Shown here one piece after another: positions 34,181-44,329 of a DNA stretch of 64,000 nt (its first letter is position 1; every line of letters begins with the position of its first letter). The notes under the pieces were generated by a model. It ran no database searches. It was not told the DNA's origin and saw nothing but the letters and a program-made list of their open reading frames with translations. Made by a program: the position numbers and the translations under genes. Source of the stretch: Myxococcota bacterium (lineage in GTDB: Bacteria > Myxococcota_A > SURF-8); the NCBI GenBank assembly GCA_965140415.1, contig OZ223209.1, positions 3,424,001 through 3,488,000 on the forward strand. Direction: 5' to 3'.

Positions 34181-35527
34181 ATGCTTGAACTGCTCAAACC
34201 ATTTGAGGATTTCCTGCACCATCATTTGCATGTAGACTGGCTCCGAGGTTTCTTTTTCCAACTCTTCAAGGTGATGCATCTTTATCTATATGAATATACC
34301 GACTATTTAATCTTCGGTGTATTCGCGGTACCGCTTTATTACCTGTTGCCAAAAACCTGGCGCGTTCATTACCTGATTCTGGCCAGCATGGTCATGATCG
34401 GAGTTCTGCACGGTTTCATATTCGCATTTTTCCTTATTGCCGTTCCAATGCTTTTTTATGTTGCCGTCAAACGATTGCAACCCAAAGCATTGATAGACGC
34501 CACATTCCAAAAGCAAACGACCAAATTGCTTGTTTCATTGGCCCTGTTGATATACGGGATTCTTCTGATTCGTGAAAGCTATGAATGGGAACCTGCCCTT
34601 CCGCTGACGGATCGCCATTTCATCGTTCCTTTGCTGCACTGGTGCGGCATCGCCTTTATGCTGCCAAAGCTCATCCACTATATTGTGGACAGCCTGAAAG
34701 GCACAATCGGAACCACAAAGGCTTCTCACTTCGCCCTGTTCATGGTGTTTTTTCCCATCCTTCGATTGGGACCGATCGAGCGCTTTCAGACCTTCGAGCG
34801 CAGTCTCGTTTCCGCTTCCACCCGTTCGATTACCGCATTCGACATCGGATTTGGTCTTTACAGAATCTTTTTAGGTGCAGTAAAAACGGCACTTTACGCC
34901 GCAGTTCTATACCCCTGGCGCGAAGATGCCTGCACTCACATTCCAGATCTTTCCATAGCCTGGATTTACTGGCTTCTGCTCATGGGAATCGTAGAGGTTT
35001 ACTGTCATTTCGGTGGCTACACCGACATCGCCCTAGGGTTCTCGCGACTGTTTGGCATCCGTGTATCGGAAAACTTCTATCTACCTGTATTCAGTGAGAA
35101 TATCGGAGAGTGGTGGCGTCGCTGGCACATCACCTTGAGCTTCTGGATGCGCGACTATGTCTATCGGCCATTGGGAGGAGGACGTAAGAATGCCTTTATC
35201 AATGGAATGATCACATTCTTCTTTGTTGGAGCATGGCATTACCTGGCCTGGCATTACATAGTATGGGGCTTGCTACAGGGTATCGGCATTGCCATTATGC
35301 GCCTGTGGCAGATTTTCTGGCATCGTGTCGCAAACGAGAAAGAATACTGGAACTCCTTGAAACCAGTGGCATTCTGGATGAAAGCACATCCGCGATTCTC
35401 ATCAACGGTCAGTGCGCTGTTTACCATCCACTATTTCTTTACCACCGGCTTGTATTTCATTTTGGATATCGATCGGGCCAATCTCGTGATCTTGCGCTTG
35501 TTTACACTTGGCGCATACCCGTACTGA
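34181..35527 (+). CDS. MBOAT family O-acyltransferase (AlgI/DltB-like)
   Basis: GIAF, FFP..GPIER, FGGYTDIA.G, ENF, WWRRWHITLSFWMRDYVYRPLGG, catalytic GAWH. Confidence 0.92.
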   Translation: MLELLKPFEDFLHHHLHVDWLRGFFFQLFKVMHLYLYEYTDYLIFGVFAVPLYYLLPKTWRVHYLILASMVMIGVLHGFIFAFFLIAVPMLFYVAVKRLQPKALIDATFQKQTTKLLVSLALLIYGILLIRESYEWEPALPLTDRHFIVPLLHWCGIAFMLPKLIHYIVDSLKGTIGTTKASHFALFMVFFPILRLGPIERFQTFERSLVSASTRSITAFDIGFGLYRIFLGAVKTALYAAVLYPWREDACTHIPDLSIAWIYWLLLMGIVEVYCHFGGYTDIALGFSRLFGIRVSENFYLPVFSENIGEWWRRWHITLSFWMRDYVYRPLGGGRKNAFINGMITFFFVGAWHYLAWHYIVWGLLQGIGIAIMRLWQIFWHRVANEKEYWNSLKPVAFWMKAHPRFSSTVSALFTIHYFFTTGLYFILDIDRANLVILRLFTLGAYPY

Positions 35528-35555
35528 TCCCACCCTCATCCACACCGCATTCATT

Positions 35556-35606
35556 ATTTAACACTTTTTTAACTGACTTAACCGTAAACTCATAATACAT
35601 TAACAT
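35556..35606 (+). promoter_or_regulatory. TTAAC direct-repeat array (Pho-box-like) upstream of the porin
   Basis: TTAAC at 35558, 35569, 35578 and 35600, with CTCAT at 35589; spacing mostly 11 bp. Confidence 0.45.
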
Positions 35607-35655
35607 CCACAAATGGAGGCGGTACTGTGTTCAGTAAATGAGAGGAAATACTTAA

Positions 35656-37044
35656 ATGAAATATCTTTCTTGTACGATCGCTGTATTGTTAATCATAACC
35701 TTAAATACGGTTTTCACTTCGGCCTATGCCAATGAAAACACAGCACCAGAAACAACGGAAGCAGCCGCTTCCAATCAAACACCAAAGCACGAGTCTCCAA
35801 CCGCTAGCAGCTGGCCGGAAAAGATCGGTCCCTTTGAACTATCCAGCCCGAACGGTCAAAGTTCCATACGATTCGGATTCGCAGCTCAACTGTTGTTTAC
35901 GGTTACAAGTAAAGATCAGGGCTCCGGTCAAGACCGGGATAATACCGTAACCGCAGAAATCCGCCGCTTGCGCTTGAAATTGAGCGGCTCAGTTTTAAGC
36001 AAGGATTTAACCTACTACCTACAATTAAGCACGGCCCCTCGTTCGTTGGAATTTCTGGACTGGTTTTTAAACTATCGCTTTCACACTCAGGCGCAACTTC
36101 GCCTGGGTCAATGGAAAATACCATTTACACGTTACCGAATTCAATCCGATAAAAACCTGACTTTCCCCGATTGGGCGCTGACGACCAAGTACTTCGGTGC
36201 CGAGCGTCAAATGGGTTTGATGCTGCACAATGGTGCGGAAAAACCGGAGGCGATTGAGTACGAGGTGGGTGTATTTACCGGCGTCAACGCACGCAAGTCG
36301 CATTCCGTGAATATCGCTAAAATCTATGGAGCACCAATCGACAATCCATCCGATCTCAGCGACATCGCCCCGAAAGTCGAGTTTCATCCTGAACTGGTCT
36401 GGCACTTGGCCTACAATCACAACAACATCGACGTTAAGGGTGATACGGACATGAAGGGCGGTCCTTTCCGTTTCATGATCGGACTGAGCGGATCCTGGGA
36501 CATTCGCCCGAAACTCGCCTACGATCTGAAGTTCCGTCTTGCTCCTGAGTTTCTGATGAAAGCGCATGGCTTCAGCCTGTCCCTTGTCTACTACATGGCC
36601 TGGACGGATTTGCAAAATGATGAAAGTCTTGATGGAATCGCCATGATGGGCGGTATCGCTCAAGCCAGCTATATTGTTAAAAAGCGAGTTGAGTTCGCAT
36701 TACGCTATGCCATCGCAAATGTCCACGACGATCTTCTGCAAGACGCCCGTAGCTGGTCCACCAGTCAAATTGCCACCGTCAATGAAGATCTGGCGGCAAG
36801 CAAAATCAGTCCGAAAGAAGCCAATGATTTGATCAGCGCCTACAACAAAGCCGGTCAATGTAAGCGAGAGCAGGAGTTGAGCTTCGGTATCAACACCTAT
36901 ATCATCGGATCTTACCTTAAGTGGCAAAACGACGTGACCTGGAAAAAAACGACGACGCAGAAGATTCAAGAGATTACCGAGCTAAAGCAGGAAACGTCCA
37001 GGGATGACATCGTGTTCCGCTCCCAGCTTTTGTTGACATTCTGA
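35656..37044 (+). CDS. Outer-membrane porin (OprO/OprP-like family)
   Basis: Signal peptide (AYA), IRRLRLKLSG, LDWFLNY, GQWKIPF, C-terminal FRSQLLLTF beta-signal ending in Phe. Confidence 0.75.
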   Translation: MKYLSCTIAVLLIITLNTVFTSAYANENTAPETTEAAASNQTPKHESPTASSWPEKIGPFELSSPNGQSSIRFGFAAQLLFTVTSKDQGSGQDRDNTVTAEIRRLRLKLSGSVLSKDLTYYLQLSTAPRSLEFLDWFLNYRFHTQAQLRLGQWKIPFTRYRIQSDKNLTFPDWALTTKYFGAERQMGLMLHNGAEKPEAIEYEVGVFTGVNARKSHSVNIAKIYGAPIDNPSDLSDIAPKVEFHPELVWHLAYNHNNIDVKGDTDMKGGPFRFMIGLSGSWDIRPKLAYDLKFRLAPEFLMKAHGFSLSLVYYMAWTDLQNDESLDGIAMMGGIAQASYIVKKRVEFALRYAIANVHDDLLQDARSWSTSQIATVNEDLAASKISPKEANDLISAYNKAGQCKREQELSFGINTYIIGSYLKWQNDVTWKKTTTQKIQEITELKQETSRDDIVFRSQLLLTF

Positions 37045-37131
37045 TAGGGGATCACCGACTAAAATCCTTTCTTTTTTATCGCATCGCACCTAAACTCATT
37101 GATGTTTCAACGATGTAGGTAACTATTTGAA

Positions 37132-37944
37132 ATGGATACGATAAAAAAGACCCCTTTCCGCCCCTTGCCCGTTTCCAAAGAGAATAACAATTTTTGGGAG
37201 TGCGTTGCCAAGGCAGATCATCGATTGCTTAGCCTGGATTATGACGGTACCCTTGCACCGTTTCACATCGATCGTATGCAGGTACGTCTTTACCCCGGAA
37301 TTCAAGGTCTTCTTTGCCAGATTCGCGATACGGGTCGAACGCAGCTTGCCATCGTTTCCGGTCGCCCCATGCCGCATTTACACGATTTTCTCGATGATTT
37401 GCGAATTCCCCTAATTGGCAGCCATGGCTGGGAGTTTTACTTTCCCGAAGGAGACTCTTTTACCTATCCACTGAATGACATTCAGCAAGAGGGGTTCAAG
37501 CAAGCAAAAGACTGTATCAAGCAGTTGGGTTATATCTCCTTACTGGCGGAAAAGGCGTCCAGCATTGCGGTCTACACACAGGCAATTAAAGAGAACGAAG
37601 CCAGAGAGATTGAGCAAGTGGTCTTTAACACATGGAATTCACTGGCAGACGGCAAACAAACGGAATGCCGGTATTTCAAGCAAGGCGTCGAATTCCGGGC
37701 CATCGGTCATAATAAAGGCGATGCCTTGCAATACCTGCATAATCTCCAACCGGAAGGCAATTTGACGGTGCATATCGGCGATGACGATTCAGATGAAGAC
37801 GCATTCCGCTTTCTGCGAAATCGCGGAATTGGGATTAAGGTAGGAGATGGCAACGAACCCACGGAGGCAAGGGGCTATCTTGCTGATTGTCAGGCGGTTA
37901 AGGAGTTTCTTGAAGCCTGGCTACACGCAATACAGCCAAGCTAG
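37132..37944 (+). CDS. otsB: Trehalose-6-phosphate phosphatase (HAD IIB)
   Basis: LDYDGTLAP, IVSGR, GSHGWE, NKGDA, IGDDDSDEDAF, GIKVG. Confidence 0.85.
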   Translation: MDTIKKTPFRPLPVSKENNNFWECVAKADHRLLSLDYDGTLAPFHIDRMQVRLYPGIQGLLCQIRDTGRTQLAIVSGRPMPHLHDFLDDLRIPLIGSHGWEFYFPEGDSFTYPLNDIQQEGFKQAKDCIKQLGYISLLAEKASSIAVYTQAIKENEAREIEQVVFNTWNSLADGKQTECRYFKQGVEFRAIGHNKGDALQYLHNLQPEGNLTVHIGDDDSDEDAFRFLRNRGIGIKVGDGNEPTEARGYLADCQAVKEFLEAWLHAIQPS

Positions 37945-38223
37945 CAAGCTTGCTTTTACTCCCAAATTTACCCAAACCAACCACCGCTTTTTCCTTGAGA
38001 ATTGAATCAAACATGGTAGACTGCCTGCAACTTGGCCCCTTGCAAACCTAGTCCCTGTTAAATGAAACGGGAAAAGCGAGGGTGTGCCACTTTGTAACCG
38101 ATAACAACCGATTCCGTCGAAGCTCAACACGAACCACAACCACTATTTGCAACTAAAAGCGCCGACTTAATCGGTTTCGCCGATCTTGCCTTTCTATTTG
38201 TACTACTATGGAAGGAGACTGAC

Positions 38224-40743
38224 ATGTTGTATCAAACACGCTCATTCCCACGTTCGCTAAGCTATTTGCTGCTGCTAATAGCATTCCTGCTTCTTAATGG
38301 TTGTGCTGCAAGCTCGTTCATTGGCTACAAGATGTCTCCGGATTACCCGAAAGACAAATCCGAAACCATTGAACTCGCTGGATTAAGCGCTCCTGTTTCC
38401 ATTTACCTGGATGAAGCCGGAGTTTCACACGTCGAAGCTCAGAACGAAATGGACCTGCTGCGCGCCGTTGGTTTTACGCAGAGTCGAAGCCGCTTTTTCG
38501 GAATGGATGCCATGCGCCGCATCACGCGCGGACGCCTTTCCGAACTCGTTGGTGACCAGTCCTTGATGGATAGCACGACCGTCGGCTTCGATCTTTCCAT
38601 GCGCGGCTGGGGATTCGACAAAGCCGTTGCCAGCGATGTGGCCGGACTGACGGACGAACAGCGAAAACTGATTCAGGCTTTTACCGATGGTGTCAATGCT
38701 GCATTGAAAATGTATCCACCGTTGGAATACCGCCTGCTGCGTGTTGAACCCGAACCCTGGACTATCGAAGATTCCTTCGCGTTGGGTCGTCTGACTGCCT
38801 GGAGCATCACTCACAACTACCACCAGGAGGCAACCCGCCTTCTTCTGGCCTTGAACGTCGGAATCGACCGCGCTGAAGAAATTTACGGCAACGACTACTG
38901 GCACGGAAATGTCACCCTGCCTTCTAAAGAATTCGGAGTGACACTACCTCCCGCCATCGCCCCGGAATTACGCGAACTTCTCCCGGCGAAACCCTACCAA
39001 CCCTGGGAAGAAGAACAGAAGGTAGCCAACCTGCGTCTGGCCGCCGACGCGGCGAAAGCCACCGGCGCCAGCAATAGCTGGGTTGTCTCCGGCGAAGAAA
39101 GCGCCTCGGGTAAACCGATGGTCGCCAGCGATCCGCACATGGCCCACCTGATGCCGTCCTTCTTTTTCCCGCAGCACCTTAAAACCCCCGATCTCGACGT
39201 CATGGGCACCACCGTTCCCGGCCTGCCCTATGTGCTGATCGGACATAATAAGCACGTTGCCTGGGCCGCGACCTCGGCGGTATCCGACTGCATCGATCTG
39301 TACATCGAAAAAGTCAACCCGGAGAATGCCGATCAGTATCTAACTCCCAATGGATGGAAAGACTTCGTGAAGGAAGAAGTGGTCATCCGCGTATTGGAAG
39401 ACGGCGAACTGGTTGACAAAGTGTTCACGCTTCGTTCGTCACGACACGGCGCAATCATGAACGATATGTACCCCAACCTTTTCCCAAAAGATGCTCCACC
39501 GGTCGCCATCAAATGGGACACCGAGGGCGTTTCCAAAGGAATCGCAGCTCTGGGAGTCGCCAACCGTGCCAAGAACGTCACGGAGCTTCGTGAAGCCTTT
39601 TACGGTGTAGTGACCCCGGCTCAAAGCTGGAGTGCGGCAGATACGAACGGTACCATCGCCCATTTCATGTCGGGCAAGGTTCCCATCCGGCACAATCATC
39701 GCGGCACCTTCCCCGTTCCCGGCTGGTTGGATAAGTACGAATGGGATGGCTTCCTCAATCCCGAAGAACTCCCCTGGGGAGAGTCCACCAGCGGTCACTA
39801 CGCCCACGCCAACAACCTGACCATCGACCCGGAATTGGGTGGGAATTACTACCAGATCGACAGTGCTCCTTCCTACCGTGTAGACCGGATTCTGGAAATG
39901 CTGAAAGAAGTTCCCAAACATAACAAAGACAGCTTCGCCGCCATTCAGACCGACGTGCTTTCCATCCGCGCACGCCGCATTACGCCGCGCATCATGGAAG
40001 TATTGGAAACCATGAAGGATCTGACCCCGGCACAAGCAAAAGCGCGGGAAATTCTGAAATCCTGGAACTACGTCACGGATACAGACTCCGCCGGAGCCGC
40101 TATTTTCTTTTTGACCTATCGCGAATCAATTATGGAAGCGGTCAAAGACGAAATGGACAAACACGCTTTTGAATTCTTCATGTCCCAGCGCTACTCTACG
40201 AACGTTGCCGATCTCTGGTTTGACCGCCCCGACCACGTCGTGTGGGATAATCGCGCCACCGAAGAACTGGAAACCCGCTCCCAGGCGATTAAAACCGCGT
40301 TTACCACCAGTGTGACCAAACTGACCGAATGGCAGGGTGAAGATCCCAGCGCCTGGCGTTGGGGTGCTTTGCACGACATCCACATCAAGCATGTTTTCGG
40401 CTCCAAAAAAGCACTGGCCAAAACCGTCAATCTTCCACGCGCCGAAGTCGGCGGCGGATTGGATACCGTGTGGAAATCCCATTTCGATCTCGGTCATCCC
40501 AAGTTCCCCTTCCGTGCCATGGCCGGTCCGGTGTATCGCATGATCGTCGATCTGAACGACATGGACCACGGCTGGTGGGTGTCTGACACCGGCGTTTCCG
40601 GTTGGCCACTTTCGCCGCATTACGGCGACCAGCACAAACTCTGGCTCAAGGGCGAATACCTCCCGATGATTCAGAACTGGGATGAAATTCGCAGCAATGC
40701 CAAGGGCGTTCTATCTCTGACTCCCAAGCAACCCGAGAAATAA
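38224..40743 (+). CDS. Penicillin acylase family (S45 Ntn-hydrolase) lipoprotein
   Basis: Lipobox LNGC, GRLSELVG, beta-subunit start GA|SNSWVVSG, ASDPH, PGLPYVLIGHN, HANN, WRWGALH, SPHYGDQ. Confidence 0.9.
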   Translation: MLYQTRSFPRSLSYLLLLIAFLLLNGCAASSFIGYKMSPDYPKDKSETIELAGLSAPVSIYLDEAGVSHVEAQNEMDLLRAVGFTQSRSRFFGMDAMRRITRGRLSELVGDQSLMDSTTVGFDLSMRGWGFDKAVASDVAGLTDEQRKLIQAFTDGVNAALKMYPPLEYRLLRVEPEPWTIEDSFALGRLTAWSITHNYHQEATRLLLALNVGIDRAEEIYGNDYWHGNVTLPSKEFGVTLPPAIAPELRELLPAKPYQPWEEEQKVANLRLAADAAKATGASNSWVVSGEESASGKPMVASDPHMAHLMPSFFFPQHLKTPDLDVMGTTVPGLPYVLIGHNKHVAWAATSAVSDCIDLYIEKVNPENADQYLTPNGWKDFVKEEVVIRVLEDGELVDKVFTLRSSRHGAIMNDMYPNLFPKDAPPVAIKWDTEGVSKGIAALGVANRAKNVTELREAFYGVVTPAQSWSAADTNGTIAHFMSGKVPIRHNHRGTFPVPGWLDKYEWDGFLNPEELPWGESTSGHYAHANNLTIDPELGGNYYQIDSAPSYRVDRILEMLKEVPKHNKDSFAAIQTDVLSIRARRITPRIMEVLETMKDLTPAQAKAREILKSWNYVTDTDSAGAAIFFLTYRESIMEAVKDEMDKHAFEFFMSQRYSTNVADLWFDRPDHVVWDNRATEELETRSQAIKTAFTTSVTKLTEWQGEDPSAWRWGALHDIHIKHVFGSKKALAKTVNLPRAEVGGGLDTVWKSHFDLGHPKFPFRAMAGPVYRMIVDLNDMDHGWWVSDTGVSGWPLSPHYGDQHKLWLKGEYLPMIQNWDEIRSNAKGVLSLTPKQPEK

Positions 40744-40767
40744 TCATCGGGATACTTAAGTCACTTT

Positions 40768-40796
40768 GGCGGCCCCTTTTCGGGGTCGCCTTTTTT
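40768..40796 (+). terminator. Intrinsic terminator
   Basis: GGCGGCCCC-TTTTC-GGGGTCGCC followed by TTTTTT. Confidence 0.85.
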
Positions 40797-40860
40797 ATTC
40801 CTCCGTACCATTGCAGCGAGGGTCGGAATCGGGTATTTTAAGATATCAACGGAGGTGGTT

Positions 40861-41499
40861 ATGGGACGCAATCCGGTTTTCGATCAGACCTACCAGTTTT
40901 ACCTGGATCGAATCGCGAAACACGATCTGCAAGGAATTGCCCCGAAAATCGGTGCTCGTTTTACGGAAAACGTTTGTCATATCCCGCTATTGGGAGAAGA
41001 ATACCGTGTCTCTTCAACCGAGATTGTAGATGAGTCCGGTCAGCGCCCGACTCCTGCCGATTACATACTGCTTGCGCAATATGTCCTGCTACATCCTGAA
41101 ACGGAGCCTGAAGAGCAGCAATGGAAGCACTACCGTGAATTCAAGGATGCCGCCCCGTTTGTAGGAGGCTTCATCGCCAACGCGGAACTTCCAATCTCTA
41201 CTGCATTTTCAGGTAGAATCGCTTCACTCGAAAAAGCCTGCGACATTCTCAATGGCGAAGATCCGAAACTCAACCTGCCGTATGATTTGATTCGGCTGTT
41301 TTATCCGCTGCCGAAAGTTCCGATTCTGCTGCTTTTCAATGATAGCGACGAAGAATTCCCGGCCCGCTGTCTACAACTGTTCGAAGAACGTGCACAACGC
41401 TATCTCGACATGGAATGTCTGGCAATGCTGGCATGGCTGCTGGCGGACAAGCTGATCGCAACGGCAGGGATGCAAGAAGGGATCTTGTCCGAAATTTAG
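40861..41499 (+). CDS. DUF3786 family protein
   Basis: ILLAQY, W..YREFKDA, PLPKVP......D.DEEFPA....LF......YLDMECL pattern. Confidence 0.75.
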   Translation: MGRNPVFDQTYQFYLDRIAKHDLQGIAPKIGARFTENVCHIPLLGEEYRVSSTEIVDESGQRPTPADYILLAQYVLLHPETEPEEQQWKHYREFKDAAPFVGGFIANAELPISTAFSGRIASLEKACDILNGEDPKLNLPYDLIRLFYPLPKVPILLLFNDSDEEFPARCLQLFEERAQRYLDMECLAMLAWLLADKLIATAGMQEGILSEI

Positions 41500-41570
41500 A
41501 AATCGCACCAGTGCTCTAACACATCAAGTACGAAATTCCCTCAAACTGTTTCATGGAGTACTACGAAGTA

Positions 41571-42440
41571 TCACAATCTCTGAATCGCACCGGTTTTGCA
41601 TTTGTCCGTCAGGCAGAGACATTCTACGCAATCCACACAGCGTACGTGATCGATTTTGGGTAATGCATTTTCCATGACGATCGCCTTGTCTGCACAGAAC
41701 TTGGCGCACAAACCACACCCCAGACAGCCGACCTGACATTGTTTTTTTACGGTTCCGGCTTTTTCCTGCGATCGACAGAACACAATGACTTTCGCGTGTT
41801 TCGGCACCAGATCGATCACGTTTCTCGGGCATTCCTGCACGCAACTGCCGCAACCGGTGCAACGCTGCTGATCGATTACCGGCAAGCCGTTAGCTCCCAT
41901 GTGAATTGCATCGAATTTGCAGACTTTCACGCAATTGCCAAATCCCAGACAACCGTATTCACAAGCTTTATAGCCGCCCATCGTCAAATGGGCTGCACGG
42001 CAGTCGGGTAAGCCGTCGTACAGATAACGCTGCATCGCCAATTCCGCACTGCCCCGGCATAAAACCCGCGCTGTGCAAGGCTCGACTTCTTCAGCCACTT
42101 TGCCAGTCAATGACGCCACCGCCTGTGCAACTTCGCTACCTCCCGGCACACATAGATTCGGGGCAACCGATTCATTCTCAACCACGGCTTCGGCATACTT
42201 CCCGCAACCGGGAAAGCCACAGGCACCACACTGCCCTTTCGGCAACAGTTCTTCCACCTCATGAATAAGCGGATTGAGCTTGACGGCGATTCGTTTGTCG
42301 GCAAATGCCAGTAAGAAACCGAAAGTCGCCCCCAATCCAGCCAGAACACCGATCAGAATGAGCGGATTGATGCTTTTAACCGCAGTCGCCGCCGTTCCAA
42401 ATCCGACCAGCAATTCAACAAATACAGAGGGGTTGGTCAT
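41571..42440 (-). CDS. rnfB: Rnf complex subunit B (polyferredoxin type)
   Basis: TM anchor, LP..QCGACGFPGC, CVPGG, CEYGCLGFGNCVKVC, CTGCGSCVQECP and further CxxCxxC clusters. Start 42440 or 42458. Confidence 0.93.
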   Translation of the reverse strand: MTNPSVFVELLVGFGTAATAVKSINPLILIGVLAGLGATFGFLLAFADKRIAVKLNPLIHEVEELLPKGQCGACGFPGCGKYAEAVVENESVAPNLCVPGGSEVAQAVASLTGKVAEEVEPCTARVLCRGSAELAMQRYLYDGLPDCRAAHLTMGGYKACEYGCLGFGNCVKVCKFDAIHMGANGLPVIDQQRCTGCGSCVQECPRNVIDLVPKHAKVIVFCRSQEKAGTVKKQCQVGCLGCGLCAKFCADKAIVMENALPKIDHVRCVDCVECLCLTDKCKTGAIQRL

Positions 42441-42454
42441 AATGTCTCTCCCGC

Positions 42455-43039
42455 TCAATCCATCGGAACGATACCGGAAAATCCCAGGAAGGATAAGGCC
42501 AACAAGCCCGCCGTGATAAAGGCGATGCCAAGCCCCTTCAAGGATTCCGGCACATCCGCGTAATCCAGTTTCTCGCGAATGGAAGCCATCAAAATCAGCG
42601 CCAGACCGAATCCGGCACCGGCACCGATAGAGTGCACGATGCTTTCAAGAAAGGTAAAATGATTGGCGATGTTCAACAGCGGCACCGCCAGCACAACACA
42701 GTTTGTGGCAATCAGAATCAGGTAGACGCCCCACAACTGATAAAGATTCGGCAGGTAACGACGTGTAATCACTTCCAAAAGCTGCACGACACTGGCCACG
42801 ACCAGTACGAACACCAATGTAGTGAAAAACGACAATCCCAACGGAACGAGAATGAAGTAGAAAATCAGGTAGTTGATAATCCCTACAATGGTCATTACCG
42901 CAGTCAGCGCCACACCCATTCCCGCCGAAGCATCGAAATTCTTGGACACGCCGAAAAAGATACACAGACCGAGAAAGCGGGTTAGAACGAAATTGTTGAT
43001 CAGCACCGCCCCGACAAATAACAGCAGGTATTCCGTCAT
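42455..43039 (-). CDS. rnfA: Rnf complex subunit A
   Basis: NNFVLTRFLGLC, LIATNC, IRE..., FLGFSG. Confidence 0.95.
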   Translation of the reverse strand: MTEYLLLFVGAVLINNFVLTRFLGLCIFFGVSKNFDASAGMGVALTAVMTIVGIINYLIFYFILVPLGLSFFTTLVFVLVVASVVQLLEVITRRYLPNLYQLWGVYLILIATNCVVLAVPLLNIANHFTFLESIVHSIGAGAGFGLALILMASIREKLDYADVPESLKGLGIAFITAGLLALSFLGFSGIVPMD

Positions 43040-43042
43040 GAT

Positions 43043-43729
43043 TTATGCCTCCTGCCCGCTAGCTGGTACCGCTTGTTCACCGAGAGTTTCCGGTGCACTT
43101 TCCGATTGATTTCGCTGCTTTCTCGCTTTGCCGATCACATTGAACAAACCGATCAACAGGCCAATCACGATAAACCCACCCGGCGGCAGGATCACCATCA
43201 GAATCGGAACGAAATGTTCCTCCGGAATCACCTGCATCCCGAAAAAGCTTCCGCTCCCCAGAAATTCCCTAATGATTCCAATTAGCAACAACCCCAAGGA
43301 AAATCCCAGCCCCATGCTGAAGCCATCCACGAACGAAGGTATCACTTTGTGCGTGCTGGCAAAAACCTCCGCCCGCGCTAGAATAATGGCGAACACCACA
43401 ACCAGCGCCAGATAGACCCCCAACGCATCGTAAAGATGCGGCAAATAGGCGGACATCACCAGTTGAACGAAGGTGACATTGAATGCAATAATCGAGATGT
43501 AGGCGGGAACGCGGATCTTGTGTGGAATCACATTCCTGAAAAGGGATGTGAAGGTGTTGCTCATCGTCAAGACATACAACACCGAAGCGCCCATCGCCAA
43601 TGACGTAATGGCAGTGCTCGTAACCGCAACAGCAGGGCACAAACTCAATGCCAGCACGAAAATCGGATTTTTCGCGAAAATGCCATCACTTAACAGGTTC
43701 CTAAACGGAGGGGATACTTTATCCGCCAT
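43043..43729 (-). CDS. rnfE: Rnf complex subunit E
   Basis: NPIFVLALSLCPAVAV, IRVP, IREFLGSG, LPPGGF. Confidence 0.93.
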   Translation of the reverse strand: MADKVSPPFRNLLSDGIFAKNPIFVLALSLCPAVAVTSTAITSLAMGASVLYVLTMSNTFTSLFRNVIPHKIRVPAYISIIAFNVTFVQLVMSAYLPHLYDALGVYLALVVVFAIILARAEVFASTHKVIPSFVDGFSMGLGFSLGLLLIGIIREFLGSGSFFGMQVIPEEHFVPILMVILPPGGFIVIGLLIGLFNVIGKARKQRNQSESAPETLGEQAVPASGQEA

Positions 43730-43732
43730 GGC

Positions 43733-44329
43733 TCAATGCTCCTGTTCACGCTTCGGTTGGGTAGTCTTCCCAACCACTTCTTTAAGCTCTTTCAACCCGT
43801 TAATAAGAGCGTTCATCACCGCTCGCGATGTGATGGTCGCCCCGGTCAACGCTTGGATTTTTCCTTCTTCACCACGCTTGGTGAGCTGCATCTGTCCGCT
43901 GTCCCGACCTCTGAATTGTTTTTTGAACTTCTCTTTCTTCATCAATTCTCCAAGACCGGGAGTCTCATTATGCGACAGCACCTTGTAGTCGATCAGTTTC
44001 AAGGACTTGTCCACACCGGCCAACATGGTGATCGATCCGCCGTAGCCCTTTTCTGCTGTCTTGATGATATAGCCAACCGGTTGGCCTTTGGAATCGATTC
44101 CGACATACCAGGCGTCATGACCTTCGATTTCCGTAAAAGATGCAGCAGCGGGCAGCAATTGCTGCCGAGCAAGCTGCTGAGCTTTGATCTGATTTTCATA
44201 TGCTACCGGCATCGTGAAATACGCTACACCGCCCAAAATCACTCCCGCCATGGTGGTGATTGCGGTAAGAATCAACGTCAGTTTCAAAATGCCGGGATCT
44301 TCTTTATGAATGACAGCCTCCGTACTCAT
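43733..44329 (-). CDS. rnfG: Rnf complex subunit G
   Basis: GYGGSI, HNETPGLG, FMN-attachment motif TGATITS. Confidence 0.93.
   Translation of the reverse strand: MSTEAVIHKEDPGILKLTLILTAITTMAGVILGGVAYFTMPVAYENQIKAQQLARQQLLPAAASFTEIEGHDAWYVGIDSKGQPVGYIIKTAEKGYGGSITMLAGVDKSLKLIDYKVLSHNETPGLGELMKKEKFKKQFRGRDSGQMQLTKRGEEGKIQALTGATITSRAVMNALINGLKELKEVVGKTTQPKREQEH

Noticed and set aside
38055-38105. Cobalamin-riboswitch-like words (AAACGGGAA...GGTG...TGTAA)
   Set aside because: The GCCCCCGC.ACTGT core and the B12 box are missing, and the downstream gene is unrelated.
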